This document shows positions 26,368-40,680 of a stretch of 64,000 nucleotides of DNA, piece by piece. How positions within the stretch are numbered: the stretch's first letter is position 1; every line of letters begins with the position of its first letter. A model generated the notes under the pieces. That model was given only the letters and a program-made list of their open reading frames with translations, was not told where the DNA came from and did not search any database. The position numbers were made by a program, and so were the translations under genes. Origin of the DNA: Laetmonice hystrix (Eukaryota); assembly GCA_965235115.1 (NCBI GenBank), contig OZ249447.1, forward strand, positions 20,274,001 to 20,338,000, written 5' to 3'.

Positions 26368-26551
26368 CTGACCCTGACGATCCAGAACCTTCCCAGTCTG
26401 ACCAATGGTGGATACGAGTGTGCATTCACAGGATATGGAGTTGTACGCACGACCGTGGCAACTGTAGGCAATGGACACCAGAACGACACTACGCTCATCA
26501 TGTGTGAAACACCCTACCCGAACCTTCTCCCCATCATCCCGACCGGCCGAG
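26368..26551 (+). CDS. PlexA: Plexin-A exon, TIG-like domain after PSI1 (LTLTIQNLP...MCETPYPNLLPIIPTGR), phase 0-1
   Basis: tgttcag|CTG ... CGAG|gtaagt. Confidence 0.9.
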
Positions 26552-27228
26552 GTAAGTTACCGAGTTGTCTGACAGGTATCCCAACCCTCTCCCCATCATC
26601 CCAACCGGCCGAGGTAAGGTACCGAGTTGTCTGACAGGTATCCCAACCCTCTCCCCATCATCCCAACCGGCCGAGGTAAGTTACCGAGTTGTCTGACAGG
26701 TATCCCAACCCTCTCCCCATCATCCCGACTGGCCGAGGTACAGTACCGAGTTGTCTGACAGGTATCCCAACCCTCTCCCCATCATCCCGACCGGCCGAGG
26801 TAAGTTACCGAGTTGTCCGACAGGTATCCCAACCCTCTCCCCATCATCCCGACCGGCCGAGGTAAGGTACCGAGTTGTCTGACAGGTATCCCAACCCTCT
26901 CCCCATCATCCCGACCGTCCGAGGTAAGTTATTGAGTTGTCTGACAGGTATCCTAACCCTCTCCCCATCATCCCGACCGGCCGAGGTACATTACCGAGTT
27001 ATCCGACAGGTATCCCAACCCTCTCCCCATCATCCCGACCGGCCGAGGTACGTTACCGAGTTGTCCGACAGGTATCCCAACCCTCTCCCCATCATCCTGA
27101 CCGGCCGAGGTAAGTTACCGAGTTGTCCGACAGGTATCCCAACCCTCTCCCCATCATCCTGACCGGCCGAGGTAAGTTACCGAGTTGTCTGACAGGTATC
27201 CCAACCCTCTCCCCATCATCCCGACCGG
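26514..27228 (+). repeat. 62-bp tandem array, ~11.5 copies; unit = last 38 nt of exon + donor GT + 24 nt ending in AG
   Basis: GT at 26552, 26614, 26676 ... 27172 (period 62). Confidence 0.95.
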
Positions 27229-27780
27229 AAGTGGTCTGACAGGTTTCGGAGTGTGTCCCCGACCGGGAGAAGTAAGGCAGTGATTGGAAGTGGTGTGACA
27301 GGTTTCGGAGTGGTTTCGGAGTGTTCCCCGACCGGGAGAAGTAAGGCAGTGATTGGAAGTGGTCTGACAGGTTTCGGAGTGGTTTCGGAGTGTTCCCCGA
27401 CCGGGAGAAGCAAGTCAGTGATTGGAAGTGGTCTGACAGGTTTCGGAGTGGTTTCGGAGTGTTCCCCGACCGGGAGAAGTAAGGCAGTGATTGGAAGTGG
27501 TCTGACAGGTTTCGGAGTGGTTTCGGAGTGTTCCCCGACCGGGAGAAGCAAGTCAGTGATTGGAAGTGGTCTGACAGGTTTCGGAGTGTTCCCCGACCGG
27601 GAGAAGCAAGGCAGTGATTGGAAGTGGTCTGACAGGTTTCGGAGTGGTTTCGGAGTGTTCCCCGACCGGGAGAAGCAAGTCAGTGATTGGAAGTGGTCTG
27701 ACAGGTTTCGGAGTGTTCCCCGACCGGGAGAAGCAAGGCAGTGATTGGAAGTGGTCTGACAGGTTTCGGAGTGGTTTCAG
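27229..27780. repeat. 69/59-bp tandem array, ~8 copies, diverged relative of the 62-bp unit
   Basis: gaagtggtctgacaggtttcggagt(ggtttcggagt)gttccccgaccgggagaag(t/c)aag... Confidence 0.9.
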
Positions 27781-30700
27781 AGTGTGTCAGTACGTCATTA
27801 ATCAGATAAAAAGGATCAATGTCCGTGAACAGATCACCAGGATCTGGCTGTGGGATTAGCATGGCTGACTTAATGTGTTTTTCTCGTGGGATCTTGACAA
27901 GTTTGTTACTTGCTGTTTTACTGTGTGTGATTATCACAATGAAGAAGGATCTCTGCGCGAAGTTAAATCTTTTGGATTTTCAGCGTTTTTCTACAGAAGA
28001 ACAATATTTTCCCATCTTGGTTTGTTCAGTATTAGCATTGATTGCAGGAAAATATTCGCCATGCGAGTGTTCTTTTGTCCTCGTTCCAAGAGAACAAATT
28101 CACAACGTAATAAACTGGGTATTTTCATGTCATTTGCACAATAGTTGAATTTCATTTTGTCATTGTGATTTCGAAGAAGTTTATTTGGACGGCTAGAGTC
28201 CCTGTGGTTTGTTTCGACGATAGGCTGAGCCAACAAGTAATCACCGTTGGACTGTCTGAGTGTTGGAAACGGTCCCAACAATGAGGCATTGCGAGGCGGC
28301 AGTTGAAAGCAGAGGCCTTTGTAATGTGAAGCCTTTGTGTATGGGAACTTCACATCGCAATCCTTCACATGGAACAGTGTTCCCAGTCTGTGTCCAGGCG
28401 ACTATCGGGAGGACAATATGGAATGTAAGGGTGTAGTATTCCAGGCTTAATGTTTCATCAGAGAACTTTGATAATCTTATCTTCATGCATTGTCCACCAT
28501 AGTCTCTGCATATAAATCCCTTAAATACAGCTATCTCTACCCTTGTCAAGCTGGAAGCAGAATTCAACTTTTCTTGCTAATTTGTCAGCAAGCAATAACT
28601 TTCGATTATGGCTGCCAGCTGAACAAGCATTTGGTATGGATGAACGTAATTGAATAGATTTCATATATATTTATTATTCATGGTCTCCATTGTTAGGAAG
28701 CAATGATCCAATTGTAATCGAACAAGAGCGACTTTGGAGGCAATATCACCATATTCCATAACATCTTGAGTATGCCATCATCATTGGCTGCAGCGCTCAC
28801 TAAAAATATGATGGATATTTTAAAATAGGTTTCAGCGGGTTTAATGAAGAGGCTTATATGATAACTGCCTCTTTATATTTGCTCGCTGATGGAACTGCAG
28901 GAGAAAAGAAACGTTTCTTTATGAAATATTTAGGGTCTATGAGATTGGAGAGGTGAAGTTTGAAACTTGCGACAAGCGCAGTACAAGTATATGTATACGT
29001 GGTAGTCTACCTCCATGTGTAGCATTTACTGAGCTTGTTCACCTTTACAAATCATAATCATAATATGTATAATGGGTCCATGATGTGCAATTTTCATATC
29101 AAAAGCGTTTTTTTGGGGGGGCAAAGAAGTCGAACGACATGTTTTTTTCCTTTGATTATAATTAATGTAATCATAGCCTTTCCCTTGAAAAAAATGTCGA
29201 ATGACATTTCCCTTTGATTATAAGTAATGTAATGATAGCCTTTCCCTTGAAAACGGATCAACAGTGTTCTCTTCACAAGAAATGGGACTACAATCCATTT
29301 TCTGAAGACCTGACATCGAGTTTTTACCCTCAAAAAAGACGAGCGTTCATTTTTTACGAAGAAGCAAACAGGGATTCTGGGGAACGTAATTTAATACAGC
29401 TCTATTCGGTCGGGCCTGACCCTGAAGAGAAAACATTCAGATGTAGAAGACGCTTTTAATGTATTTTGCCCGTTCTGGGTATGATATAAGGCCCTCCCCC
29501 CAGCCCCCACCCCCTCATTCTCCTAAGAAAGCTCCCCTCCAATCTCCTAAGAAAGTTCCCTCTCCAATCTCCTAAGGAAGGAACTCCTGTGACAGCCCTT
29601 ATTACCTGGGAGTCCGAGCAAGTCTGTGGTAGAAAGTAATTCCGTACATAGCCGTAGTTGAGTCCCGGTAACCATGTAGCACGCAGACCGGGTAGAATCA
29701 GGATCGTTTTCTACGGCTGGGCAGAGACAACAAACAGTGAGACTGAAGCGTTGGTCCAACTGAAGCAAACCAAGACAAACGGAAGGCTCTGGCTTGTTCT
29801 CGACCGAACGTCAGATGCAATCAGTGATACGGAGGAACAATCCGTTTTCAAGCATCGCCTACACTCACAGTAATTGCGCATAGTTAAGCCGCTTTGTAGG
29901 TAGAAAATGTGATTTATTGGCGGTGATAATGGCATACAGCCCCTGTAGGTAAGATCATTTATGTGGTTGCCAGCACCACTTTCACAGCTGAGCCCTTGAA
30001 AAACTCATCCAATGTTCAGTGGGTAACGGGAAACGGCCTGAAGCCTCAGCAACCAGAACACCGTCCATTATAAACGGACACGGGCATCAGGATTCCATCG
30101 GTCCCGGCCAAAACAGGGCTGAGAATTACTTCCATTTACTTTTGTAATCTTTCAAGGCAAGCTCACATTTATCAGTTGTTAATGTTGACTTTGCATGCGG
30201 GAGGCGGACGGTGGGAGACCGGGCGTATGTTACTCGGCAGTCGGCGGCATTGTTTCGTTTAGAGGACGGATACACGCGAGGATTCGGAGACATTGTTACC
30301 TGCTCATATGTAAGGAAGTAAATCGTGAGATTGATAATGTTCAGGATGTTCACAATTTTGGTATTTTATAGGTGGAATTCTTAGCGGAAGGTGAAGATGA
30401 GAGAATGTATATTGTGAGGAGTAAGTCTGGCAGTGGCCGGGGATGTCGGGAGAAATTATCTGTCTCGTTTAGCGGGCATTCATTGCTCGACATTCACCTG
30501 AAAAGCTGGCAGGAAAAGGAGAGTTTGTTTCTTGAGAGAGCAGAAACAAAAGGTCAGTCCCATAAACAAAAGGGCGGTAGATGGCCCCAGGCATCTATAT
30601 TGCAACGTGAGACCGACCGTAGATGGTCTGTTCCTGGATTTTTGTATGCCGGAATGGCATGACATTTTCCAAGTACATTCAAATATTGCCAATTCCCCAG

Positions 30701-32294
30701 CAGTAATTTTTTCCCCTCGGTTAAAAGATGCTGTATCGTGACACAGACATGACTTAGCGTTGATCATCTCGAGGAAAGAAGGAGAGCCTATGTGAATAAT
30801 TGAATTGACCGTAATCTAGTGTGTATCTCCCGGGATGGAGCGCGATGGAGCGCTCCCCAGGGCCGGCGCTTCATCACAGTGCTACTCTCATGCAAAGAGA
30901 CAAAATAATGCATACTAAGGGTTTCAAGGCTCTCAAGCCAAGAAGTAGAATATCAACACTGTAATTTGATTATTTTCATGGCGGGTGATAATTAGGGGAC
31001 CAGGGAAGGTCGATTGTCCTGTGACGGGTGGGGTCTGTGATGGGTAAGGGATGGGGGTGGGGGTTAGAATGAGGGTAAACTGTGACCAGATATAGGACGC
31101 GATGGGGTCAGTGACATGTGTTCCATGTGAAGTGTCCCAAGTTGTGAGGCAGTCACTCACAGCCCATACACCACCCGCCCGTCCCATTCGGCGTCCAAAC
31201 CGACCTGATGCCTGTGCTCCCCGACTTTGCATTGCTAATACGGCATTATGGAGATGCTGCCTGGAGGGGGCGTAGAGGTTGTTGGGGGGAGGGGGGTCCC
31301 AATGGAGTTGTGTTGTCGGCACATAAAACACAACCCCCCGGCCGCTCCGTTGCCGTGCTATAGAATCATTGCCCCCTGGTTCTGCAGGCGGGAGATTCTC
31401 TGCAAGGTATGCCAACATTTTAACGGGTCTTTTAACAGCTCACGGCTCGCCTGATTGTGTTGGCGGGTCCATACCTCCTCCACGCCCAGTGTCATCAAGG
31501 AAGGAGTTTGAAGGCAGCAGCGGAGCCCGGCACAGGACGGCCTCCCAGGGTTCTTTCTCCTGATCTTTTCGTCATTTCCGTGATCAAACGATCAAAGGAA
31601 AATGACACCCTTCCACTGCGGGATCTTCAAGGCCTGTTTTCTCATCCCAGGCGAGCGCCTGCCCATCAGGCTAGGATCAGGTCCGTCTAACTTCACGCTA
31701 CAAGTGTCACACTCAAAATTAGACATCATTCTTTCCCAAAAAATGTGATGTTTTTTTTATTTAAATGTAAGTTACTGATGATGTCTTGTCAAGTGGGCGT
31801 CCATATACTGAGTGGGGAGTCCGTGGTGTATTATGATTGATTTAGTGGTAATCCTGTCGTGTGGTTCTGTTAATCTTATATCACGCGAACGCTGTGAAGT
31901 AGATCTTAGTGGGATGACTCGCCGCTCTGATCCGCTTAGTACACGAGATTCCCGTCACAATGCCCTGTACCTTTTACTACAGATCTGTCAGAGCTTTCCT
32001 CCCGGACCTGCCTCGGGCCCAGGAGTTAGGATGAAAATAGGTCAGGCTTGAGTAATTAGGCTGACCTCCTGATCCCAGAATCCCAGCGATAATTTCATTT
32101 AAACGGTTCATTAGATGGTTAGATTCCTAATGGAGGGGGAAGGATTGCGATACGGGGAAAGAATTTGGCCAGTATTTCCAGAGGTAAGGCCCTTCAGAAC
32201 GGCTGGGCCCAACGTTCAACAAGAGAGTTGCACATGCCTATGAAAGGTACACATGCCCTTCGTGGGGAAACCATGCGTGGAACACAGATTGGGG

Positions 32295-32770
32295 ACCGGC
32301 GTCAGACACCGTGCATTAACCGTGCACAAACGTGCACTAAACAGACACGGACAGGCGTCAGACACCGTGCACTAACAACAAACGTGAACTAAGCAGGCAC
32401 GGACAGGTGACCGGCGTCAGACACTGTACACTAACCACAAACGTGCACTAAACAGACACGGACAGGAGACCGGCGTCAGACACCGTGCACTAACCACAAA
32501 CGTGCACTAAACAGACACGGACAGGAGACCGGCGTCAGACACCGTGCACTAACCACAAACGTGCACTAAACAGACACGGACAGGGGTCAGACACCGTGCA
32601 CTAACCACAAACCGTGCACTAAGCAGACACGGACAGGAGACAGGCGTCAGACATCGTGCACTAACCACAAACCGTGCACTAAGCGGACATGAGACAGGCG
32701 TCAGACACCGTGCACTAACCACAAACGTGCCCTCCGACAAACGTGCACTAACCACAAACGTGCACTTAGC
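32295..32770. repeat. 59-bp minisatellite, ~8 copies
   Basis: ggcgtcagacaccgtgcactaaccacaaacgtgcactaaacagacacggacaggagacc. Confidence 0.9.
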
Positions 32771-34206
32771 AGACAAACTTGGCAGATTCAGACGCCCAGC
32801 TTAAACCATAGCTGTGAACACGGTGAAGCACTAATCTTCAGTAGAAATGTTTTTTCAGTGGACCATCTTAGTAACCCGCAATCTTATAAAGCATGTTACC
32901 GTGGAAGGAAGAAAAGGATCTTTCTCGCAATGTGTAGAAAAATGTTTAAAAAAACACCAATAAAAAAACTCAGTTGGAATCTCTCTCCCCTTTCTCTGTA
33001 AAAGCAAACCCTTGAGCCAAGCCCTGCTAACACAGGACTGTGATACCCGGGAGAAGCGATATTAGTAGGAGGATACAGCCAAGTGCGTGAACCAGATCGA
33101 GTCTCTGAATTATGAAGTTTGTTCAGTAGATACTGACAGGAAGCTTAGATACTGGGATATCTCCAGCTGGGCAAATACCCAAGGAACATTTCTCTTCAGG
33201 CTGTTAAACGCGCGGCGTACAATTATAGGCACGAAGATGCTCGATGGCTAGACTTCCCTCGGCATTATGTACTCTTGTATGATCTTGAGATGGCTCACTA
33301 TCACGTTCTACACTCTGGTGTCTACATTAGCCATTTATCAACGAGATCATTTTGTTAGTGTTGAATTCGGAGTTTAAAAAAAGTGTTTTATTTCGGTTAC
33401 AATAACGTTTTTGTTTGTAAAAGAATAAGTGTTTTGCACGTAATTCGGGCGGTATTGTAACGATGTCTGGCGATCTCCCGTCCACACTGAATCAATACGG
33501 CAGAGAAGTGGGTGCAGACAACCATGCAGGGTGTCATCTACTTCTACTCGCGGACAGTGGACATCTAAGGAACCACGGCTTTCTAAAAGGTCTTTTCTAT
33601 CTGGGCGGCCCGACTGACACTGCAGGATAGAGTCCGATATGGCCCGGTCGCCGCTGGCCTCGGTCATATCCAATATCGCCCACTATACGGTGTCTCCAAG
33701 CGATCCTCATTGAGTCGGACAAGATAAAACGGCCGTCGATAAGATCAGTTCTGGCCCGTTTGCTTGTTTTCTTGATCTGGCGTCCACGAGACTGGCTGCT
33801 TGCCCGTATTGAGCGCGGGTGGTTGGTCAGGCCGTCAGTGGTGGGGTCTGACGCCTTCACAGTGGAGGGCCACACCGGTGATGGGTCGGGGGAGGCCTGG
33901 CTGGGGTCTGACCGGAATACTGACCACTGACTGGACACTGGTCATTGGCGCCTACAGCTGCTACTGACCCAGTGCGCACACGGTGTCTGGTGAGGACGTG
34001 GGCCGTATGGTGGCGCTGTGTAAAGGAGGGGGTGAGGGTTTTGAGGGCGTTGGAGCACTGAATGAGGGTTGTTCAGGACAATTTGTAACATGAGGTAGGG
34101 GCGGAGGGGTATCGTTAATATTGGCGACTGTGAGGCGGGGAAGGAGAACGGCAGGAGAACAAACCGGGGGAAATAGCTGGTCGGTAGGTAGTGTGGCCAG
34201 AAGTGT

Positions 34207-34637
34207 GGTAACGAACACTTGTCAGAAGGTAACGACGGTCATTAGAATGGTAACGAACACTTGTCAGAAGGTAACGACGGTCATTAGAATGGTAACGAAC
34301 ACTCGTCAGAAGGTAAAGACGGTCATTAGAATGGTAACGAACACTTGTCAGAAGGTAACGACGGTCATTAGGATGGGAACGAACACTTGTCAGAAGGTAA
34401 CGACGGTCATTAGGATGGTAACGAACACTTGTCAGAAGGTAACGACGGTCATTAGGATGGTAACGAACACTTGTCAGAAGGTAACGACGGTCATTAAGAT
34501 GGTAACGAACACTTGTCAGAAGGTAACGACGGTCATTAGGATGGTAACGAACACTCGCCAGAAGGTAACGACGGTCATTAGGATGGTAACGAACACTTGT
34601 CAGAAGGTAACGACGGTCATTAGGATGGTAACGAACA
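34207..34637. repeat. 42-bp minisatellite, ~10 copies
   Basis: ggtaacgaacacttgtcagaaggtaacgacggtcattag(a/g)at. Confidence 0.95.
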
Positions 34638-35190
34638 GTGGTGGAAGGTAACAGTGAGTGTAGTTAAGGATGAATAGAAGAGACGAGGGAGAAAGCAAAA
34701 AGTTAGCGATGCAAGGAAACACACACGAGTCTCAAACTAAGGAAGGGGACATAAGAAAGACAACAGTTGTTCGTTAAGTCGGAGAACTTGAGTGTTGCCG
34801 AGACGAGATGGAATCAAGGGGCCTGAAAGGTGTCAGAAACGTCATAAACATTGTCATAGTTTGTGACAGGGAAACTCAGGACAAGAATCTCCATTTATTG
34901 TCATTTTAATGACGCCAACAAGGAGGGCACTTAGATCTACGTGGATGTTCGATGAAACAAACATCTGATTTGGTCGTGTGCTGTAGTAACACCTCATTAA
35001 AACGGCCCAGGTTTTCAGGAATTGTGAGCGGAGTGAGTTGTTACGTGTTTGACGTGGGGGTGGGGATGGAATTGTAGGGACCTGGTGCCGAACCTGTAAC
35101 ACAACCAGACTTGAAGAAATAATGAAACTGGCGTAGGCGCCTTGAATAATTCAGGATGGAGAAAGCGAGCATATATTTAAGGGTGTGATT

Positions 35191-35660
35191 TCACAGTCAT
35201 CATGACGGCTAGGTCGGAGCGCTCAGATATCACAGTCATCATGACGGCTGGGTCGGAGCACTCAGATATCACAGTCGTCATGACGGCGGGGTCGGAGCAC
35301 TCAGATATCACAGTCGTCATGACGGCTGGGTCGGAGCGCTCAGATATCACAGTCATCATGACGGCTGGGTCGGAGCGCTCAGATATCACAGTCATCATGA
35401 CGGCTGGGTCGGAGCGCTGAGATATCACAGTCATCAAGACGGCTGGGTCGGAGCGCTCAGATATCACAGTCATCATGACGGCTGGGTCGGAGCGCTCAGA
35501 TATCACAGTCATCATGACGGCTGGGTCGGAGCGCTCAGATATCACAGTCATCATGACGGCTGGGTCGGAGCGCTCAGATATCACAGTCATCATGACGGCT
35601 GGGTCGGAGCGCTCAGACATCACAGTCATCATGACGGCTGGGTCGGAGCGCTCAGATATC
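35191..35660. repeat. 39-bp minisatellite, 12 copies
   Basis: atcacagtcatcatgacggctgggtcggagcgctcagat. Confidence 0.95.
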
Positions 35661-36972
35661 CCCGACCTGTATAACTAGACGTGTATGACAGACTGTCTGT
35701 CTGCCTCTCAACCGTCCTACCGGAAGGCAAAGGATGGGGTCCGGCGAAGAAAAATAAAAGAAAGAGGAAAACCGCGCCAAATGAAGTTGCCATCACTTTG
35801 TACATCCACAGACTTGTCAGTCAAACCACCCAAGTGAATATTGGAGGCTGGTGAATGTAGACTGAGATAGATGTAGTTGTGTGGCTCGTACCCCCTCCCC
35901 CCCCACCCCCCTTCCCATGATACCCCACCCGCTGCCAACCAAGACGGCCTCCCTTGGCAAGACTTGTTTGCCAGTACACAATCGTTGGAAATCTCAGGAG
36001 ACGAACGTCAGGAGATTGGTTTTGTATTGAAGAGTGCTCCGGTAAATAAACGAAATAATTGGTCGCGATAAGGCTTTGTCCACAAATTGCTGAACTGGGC
36101 TGACTGTCACATATACATGGACAAGGCCGCCGGGGGAGCAGGATGGATACTGAGTGTATGAGGCAAGGATGGCTGATGGACGGGGGCGTGTCTCTGGGCG
36201 CTATCTTGTCAATCGCTCGTCAGAGTGGACGGTTGGAGTTAGAGGGGTGGGAGGTTCCACAACAGACCGCTGTAACAGCCACTGGCGCTCCGTTCATATG
36301 GTATAGCATTGGTTTATCTTGGTGTATATATTATCTTGGTGTGTATACAAGGATTTATGCGAACCGAAACAATGTACAGAAGTGTTCGGTCCGAAACAGG
36401 CACCGATATATTATAACACATCTGAAGGCTGCCTCGAGGCGGCAAACCTTATTGGAAATTGACGACAGAATGAGAGTGTCTTTGAGGCTGAAACTTGAGG
36501 AACGTTTTTGAGTATGAGTAGTACATGAAGTTGAGGGATGTTTGAGAGTATGAGCGGTTTGAATTTGACTGATAATGGGATAACTGGATAAACGTTACAG
36601 GTTACATGAACCATGTCAGCAGTATATAAAAATGAGAGTTTCAAGTCAAGCAGAGCCGGAGTGTCACAACGGCTCCTGCTTTGGCTGCTCCTTGTTCCTG
36701 GTTACAAACTCGCATTTTGTATACTACTCACCTCCCATTTTTCTAAATACAAAATGTATGTAACAGCGATTTATGGAATATCTAATGGATTCTTTGTTGC
36801 ACTTGCCAATCAGTGCAAGTCAATTCAACACTCATGGAAATGACCTTTTGAGGGCAGTGATTGCGTGAAAAAGTATAGTTTTATGGGATTATTATTGGAT
36901 GGTTTATGATATTGACCCTTTGTTTATGATGTTGAACCTTTGTTTATTATGTACCCGTACGGTGTGTTTCAG

Positions 36973-37063
36973 ATCACATCATCATGCAGCTGTCGGTCCG
37001 TATGAATGGGAAGGACTTCGTCTCACGTAACTTCACCTTCTTCGACTGTGCTGTCCATTATTC
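36973..37063 (+). CDS. PlexA: Plexin-A exon (DHIIMQLSVRMNGKDFVSRNFTFFDCAVHYS), phase 1-2
   Basis: tgtttcag|AT ... TC|gtgagt; FTFFDC motif preceding PSI2. Confidence 0.92.
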
Positions 37064-39746
37064 GTGAGTATACCCCGCTTTGTTTGACGGCACCAGCCCC
37101 CTCCGCTAGCTGCAGTTTCATCCTCCACACTTGCGCTCAGTGTTTTTTGGATCTCATGTTCTGTGTGTGACCAGATGGACTTGCCCTCCTCAACTTTTGT
37201 AGGTTCTGACCAAAAAAGGCGGGTATTGTTGAACATTGTTGTGGTGCACCAACTGACAGCAGTGTAGGCGTTTCTAACCATGAGCAGTTCCACTTTCTAC
37301 CACTTGAGGGCGCCACATGGCTGAGGGGGATCAACATAGTGAGCAAACATAGCGTACATCAAACATTTGGTATCTTTAAAACAAAAATCGTCCATTTTCA
37401 TTTCCCCCTGCATCAGGAATTTAGCTGTGAGATATCTGAAATGGGGGAATGTTGCACTTTGAATGTTTTATCTGAAGAAATTATTATCATTACTGCTAAG
37501 TGAACACAGTTGAGAGTAAACCCAGACAAAAGACAATTAGGGTTTCTACAGGGTGTGACGGCAGCAGTGCTGAGACTTGAAATAAGAAACGAAGATATTG
37601 ATACTGTTAATATACTTCGCTATACTAACCTAGCTGTTTTTTGTTTTATTTTTTCTGCATGCCCCCAGACCGTTGAGCCACCTTTCCAAGTAGGTAGATT
37701 AAAGCATAGAAGCTTCTCTCGTGATGGCTCGCTGCTTTACTATGCTCCGCCACAACCCATCAAACCAATCAATTACTTTTTTTTGTGGAGTTTTGTGATT
37801 TTCAAGAATCCACAGTGACATTTGTTTTTTTTTAATCTATTTTTTTTCGGGTGTGTAAACATTTTCGTGACAAGCTCTGTATGAATGATGACGTAACCCT
37901 GTCCAATTCAGCGGAAATAAACTTGTTTTAAATCAGTATTTTTGGGGGGACGGTAGACAGGCTAAAACCACGGAAATCGATTCTTTGTAGCATAAAATTT
38001 GAAAATATGGAGAAAATATCAAAGGGAAGAATATCAGATAAGAATATTTTTAAAACGAGAAATGCATACAAACTACAGTAACTCTTGATGATCTTCTTTA
38101 AGAAACCCCGCACAATTATTCATTATCTTAAATAAATTATCAGTATATAATTGACATATTTTGATCAGTTTCAGTGTTGTGTGTACATGTCTGTATTGAC
38201 TCCGTTTATATTATGTGTTTATCTATTCTGAAGATTTCATCCTCTAGTCCTGGTTAGGCGTTATGTTGTACAATATTTTACACATGGGGCTGTTTTGCTA
38301 TTATTGCCTAATTATTTATTTGTAATATTAGAACCAGCAAAAGATAACCTTGAAATACGTAATCAGTTTCATTTCACAAATAACTTCAATTCCCACGATA
38401 TTTTCTCGCGCCTACAATTCAATTAAGAGCAGAACCATGTTGCATGTAGGCATTCCCATCTTTTATACGTCTTGTGGGGTGCGCTCATCCAAATTAGAGA
38501 AATGCGAGGAGCACAAATTTCATTATGCTCCTTGGCTGTGGGGAAGTTAAAACTAGACCCATTCCTAGATGGCGCTGCAGGTAAGGTGCAGCAGCTGTTG
38601 GCAGTGACTATGAGCTAGATCCTTTAACATCAAGTCAAGTTATGTGGCTTAATTAAGTCATTAAAATGAAAATGCCATGCGTTTTGAGACTGTTATTCGA
38701 TGAATGTAGCTGCTAATGCATTTGGAACACGAGTTAAGGCGGGTGATGTAATTAGACCATTTATCAGAAAGTTAAAATGGATGTAAATTTCCCGCATAAA
38801 TGGTAACTCCTTATGCATGCAGCAGTGCTCCTGGTGTCAGCAGTTTGAACCAATGTTTTAGAATGCACCCCTGTGTCTGTTGCCTTTCACAAGTCCAGGC
38901 AGCTGTTGGGGAGAAAGCCACAGAAAGAGACATAAGGGCACAAGGTTACACTTCCCAAATCTGGTTAGTTGATGTCATAAGTGGGGGAAGGGAGGAGGTT
39001 AACTTTGTGAAATAAAGACACTGATTGTGCAGTCTTCGAATTGTCTGACCTTCAGTCAGTAACCTAGCAGTGCGAACTCCGGAAACAGGGTTATAAGGAG
39101 GGAGTTGAGATGGGCATCAGTTATTGACGATACGGGCTCAGTTGACCTGAGAAAGCTGCCAAGTTCTTGTCGCTCACGTTTTTGCATGCCTATCTGTTTG
39201 TGTCGTCATTGTGACGTTACGGTGTTATTGCCAGACGGAATACGGAAAGCCTCGTTTTGTATCATCTCAGTGGTAACTAGGAAACAAAGAGTGACGTCAG
39301 TTATGACGTCAAGGAATCGTTACACGTCATGCCATGCCGTGAAAGGCGTTGATGGCCCCTGTCGTGGTGCCTAAATATGGATGTTGTAGAGGCTAACTTA
39401 GCTCACTTAACTCAATATAAATGGTTGTTTTGTTTGACTAAAATACACTTGTATGACTTGTTTTAAAATTCAATCTGTAAAGAGACTGGTTTGACAAGTT
39501 CCATAATCTCGTTGGGAAGGTGGATGCCAGTTTTGAGGGATAAAATAAAAGGATAAGGGTGATTAAAATAAGAGGGAAGGGTGACATTGTGAAGGGTTGG
39601 GGGTAATGTTGCATTTTGTGCCCCGGCACCTCTTAGCATGCCGCAATTAACGCTTGGAGCTTCTGACCGTCGGTCGAGATACTAGATGCATGGAGGGGGG
39701 GGGGGGATTCAAAACGAAAGTTCTTTGCTAAAGCAAAGGTGTAACA

Positions 39747-39786
39747 CTTCTGATTGGCTGGTCAGCTTATACCAGCCAATCAGAAG
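39747..39786. mobile_element. hairpin core of a dispersed palindromic MITE-like family carrying inverted CCAAT boxes (other copies ~8266-8312, 42700-42832, 58066-58156, 61133-61250)
   Basis: cttctgattggctggt ... accagccaatcagaag recurring in five places. Confidence 0.7.
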
Positions 39787-40680
39787 CATTTTAAGCTTAA
39801 GTTAGAACATAATTTAAAAAAAACCGAGCCGGGGTCGGCGGGGGGGGGGGGGGCTAAAGGACCGGGAGTCCTCGAAACCAGCGTCATGCAGGACTTTCAG
39901 TCTGGCTTCCTAGACTAGAAAAATCCAATTGTTACATTGGTCAAATTGTATTTTAAGCCTCGATTGTATTTTGATTACGTTTTTATATGCTAGAACAACG
40001 GAATACTGTTATCCTGTGTGACTTACAATCAGATTTTCGTTTTCGACAGAAATAAGCATTCCAGACTAACAAACCCATCTACCGGACCTTTTTCTTAAAA
40101 TAAAACATTTTTCTTTGTGGTATCTGAATTGAAACTAAGATAAATGAATCTATTTGTAGACGGGGAGCAGTACTTGCCAGGGCAAGAATTATTCTGTGCG
40201 CCAGTTTTTTTAAATACTCACAATTAATGACATGTATTTCGTCCGTCAATCTGGACTTTGCTAAGCATCAAGCCAATCTGCATGTGATCTATAACTCAGG
40301 TGTGGTCTAAATCTGCTGTTTTCTCTACTACAGTAAACTCCTGCTTATTTATCAAAGTCCGTCTGAGGATGTTTGGTGATAATAAAGGCCTTTGTCGTTA
40401 ATATAATACCGTAAACCCAGTCAGCACTTTATCAGTGATATCATCGAGGATCAATATGTATAACGTAAACCACAGGATACTTTTGTCCCCCCCCCTTCCA
40501 AATACCTTCAAGACTTCTGTATTGAAATTGCCCTCGACTCGTACTAAGCCACCTAACATTACCTTTCATTGTGGTTAGTTCTTCAGTTTTTAAGTGTTTG
40601 TTTATTTTCACGTTTCCCCCCCCCCCCCGATATTTGCCCACCTGTAGTGTACATCAGCTCCCTGACCTCCCACGTTGTAC

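Noticed and set aside
27819-28950. Cluster of 90-125 aa ORFs on both strands, possible decayed transposase
   Set aside because: Manual translation in several frames gave no recognisable motif; needs tBLASTx/HMM search.
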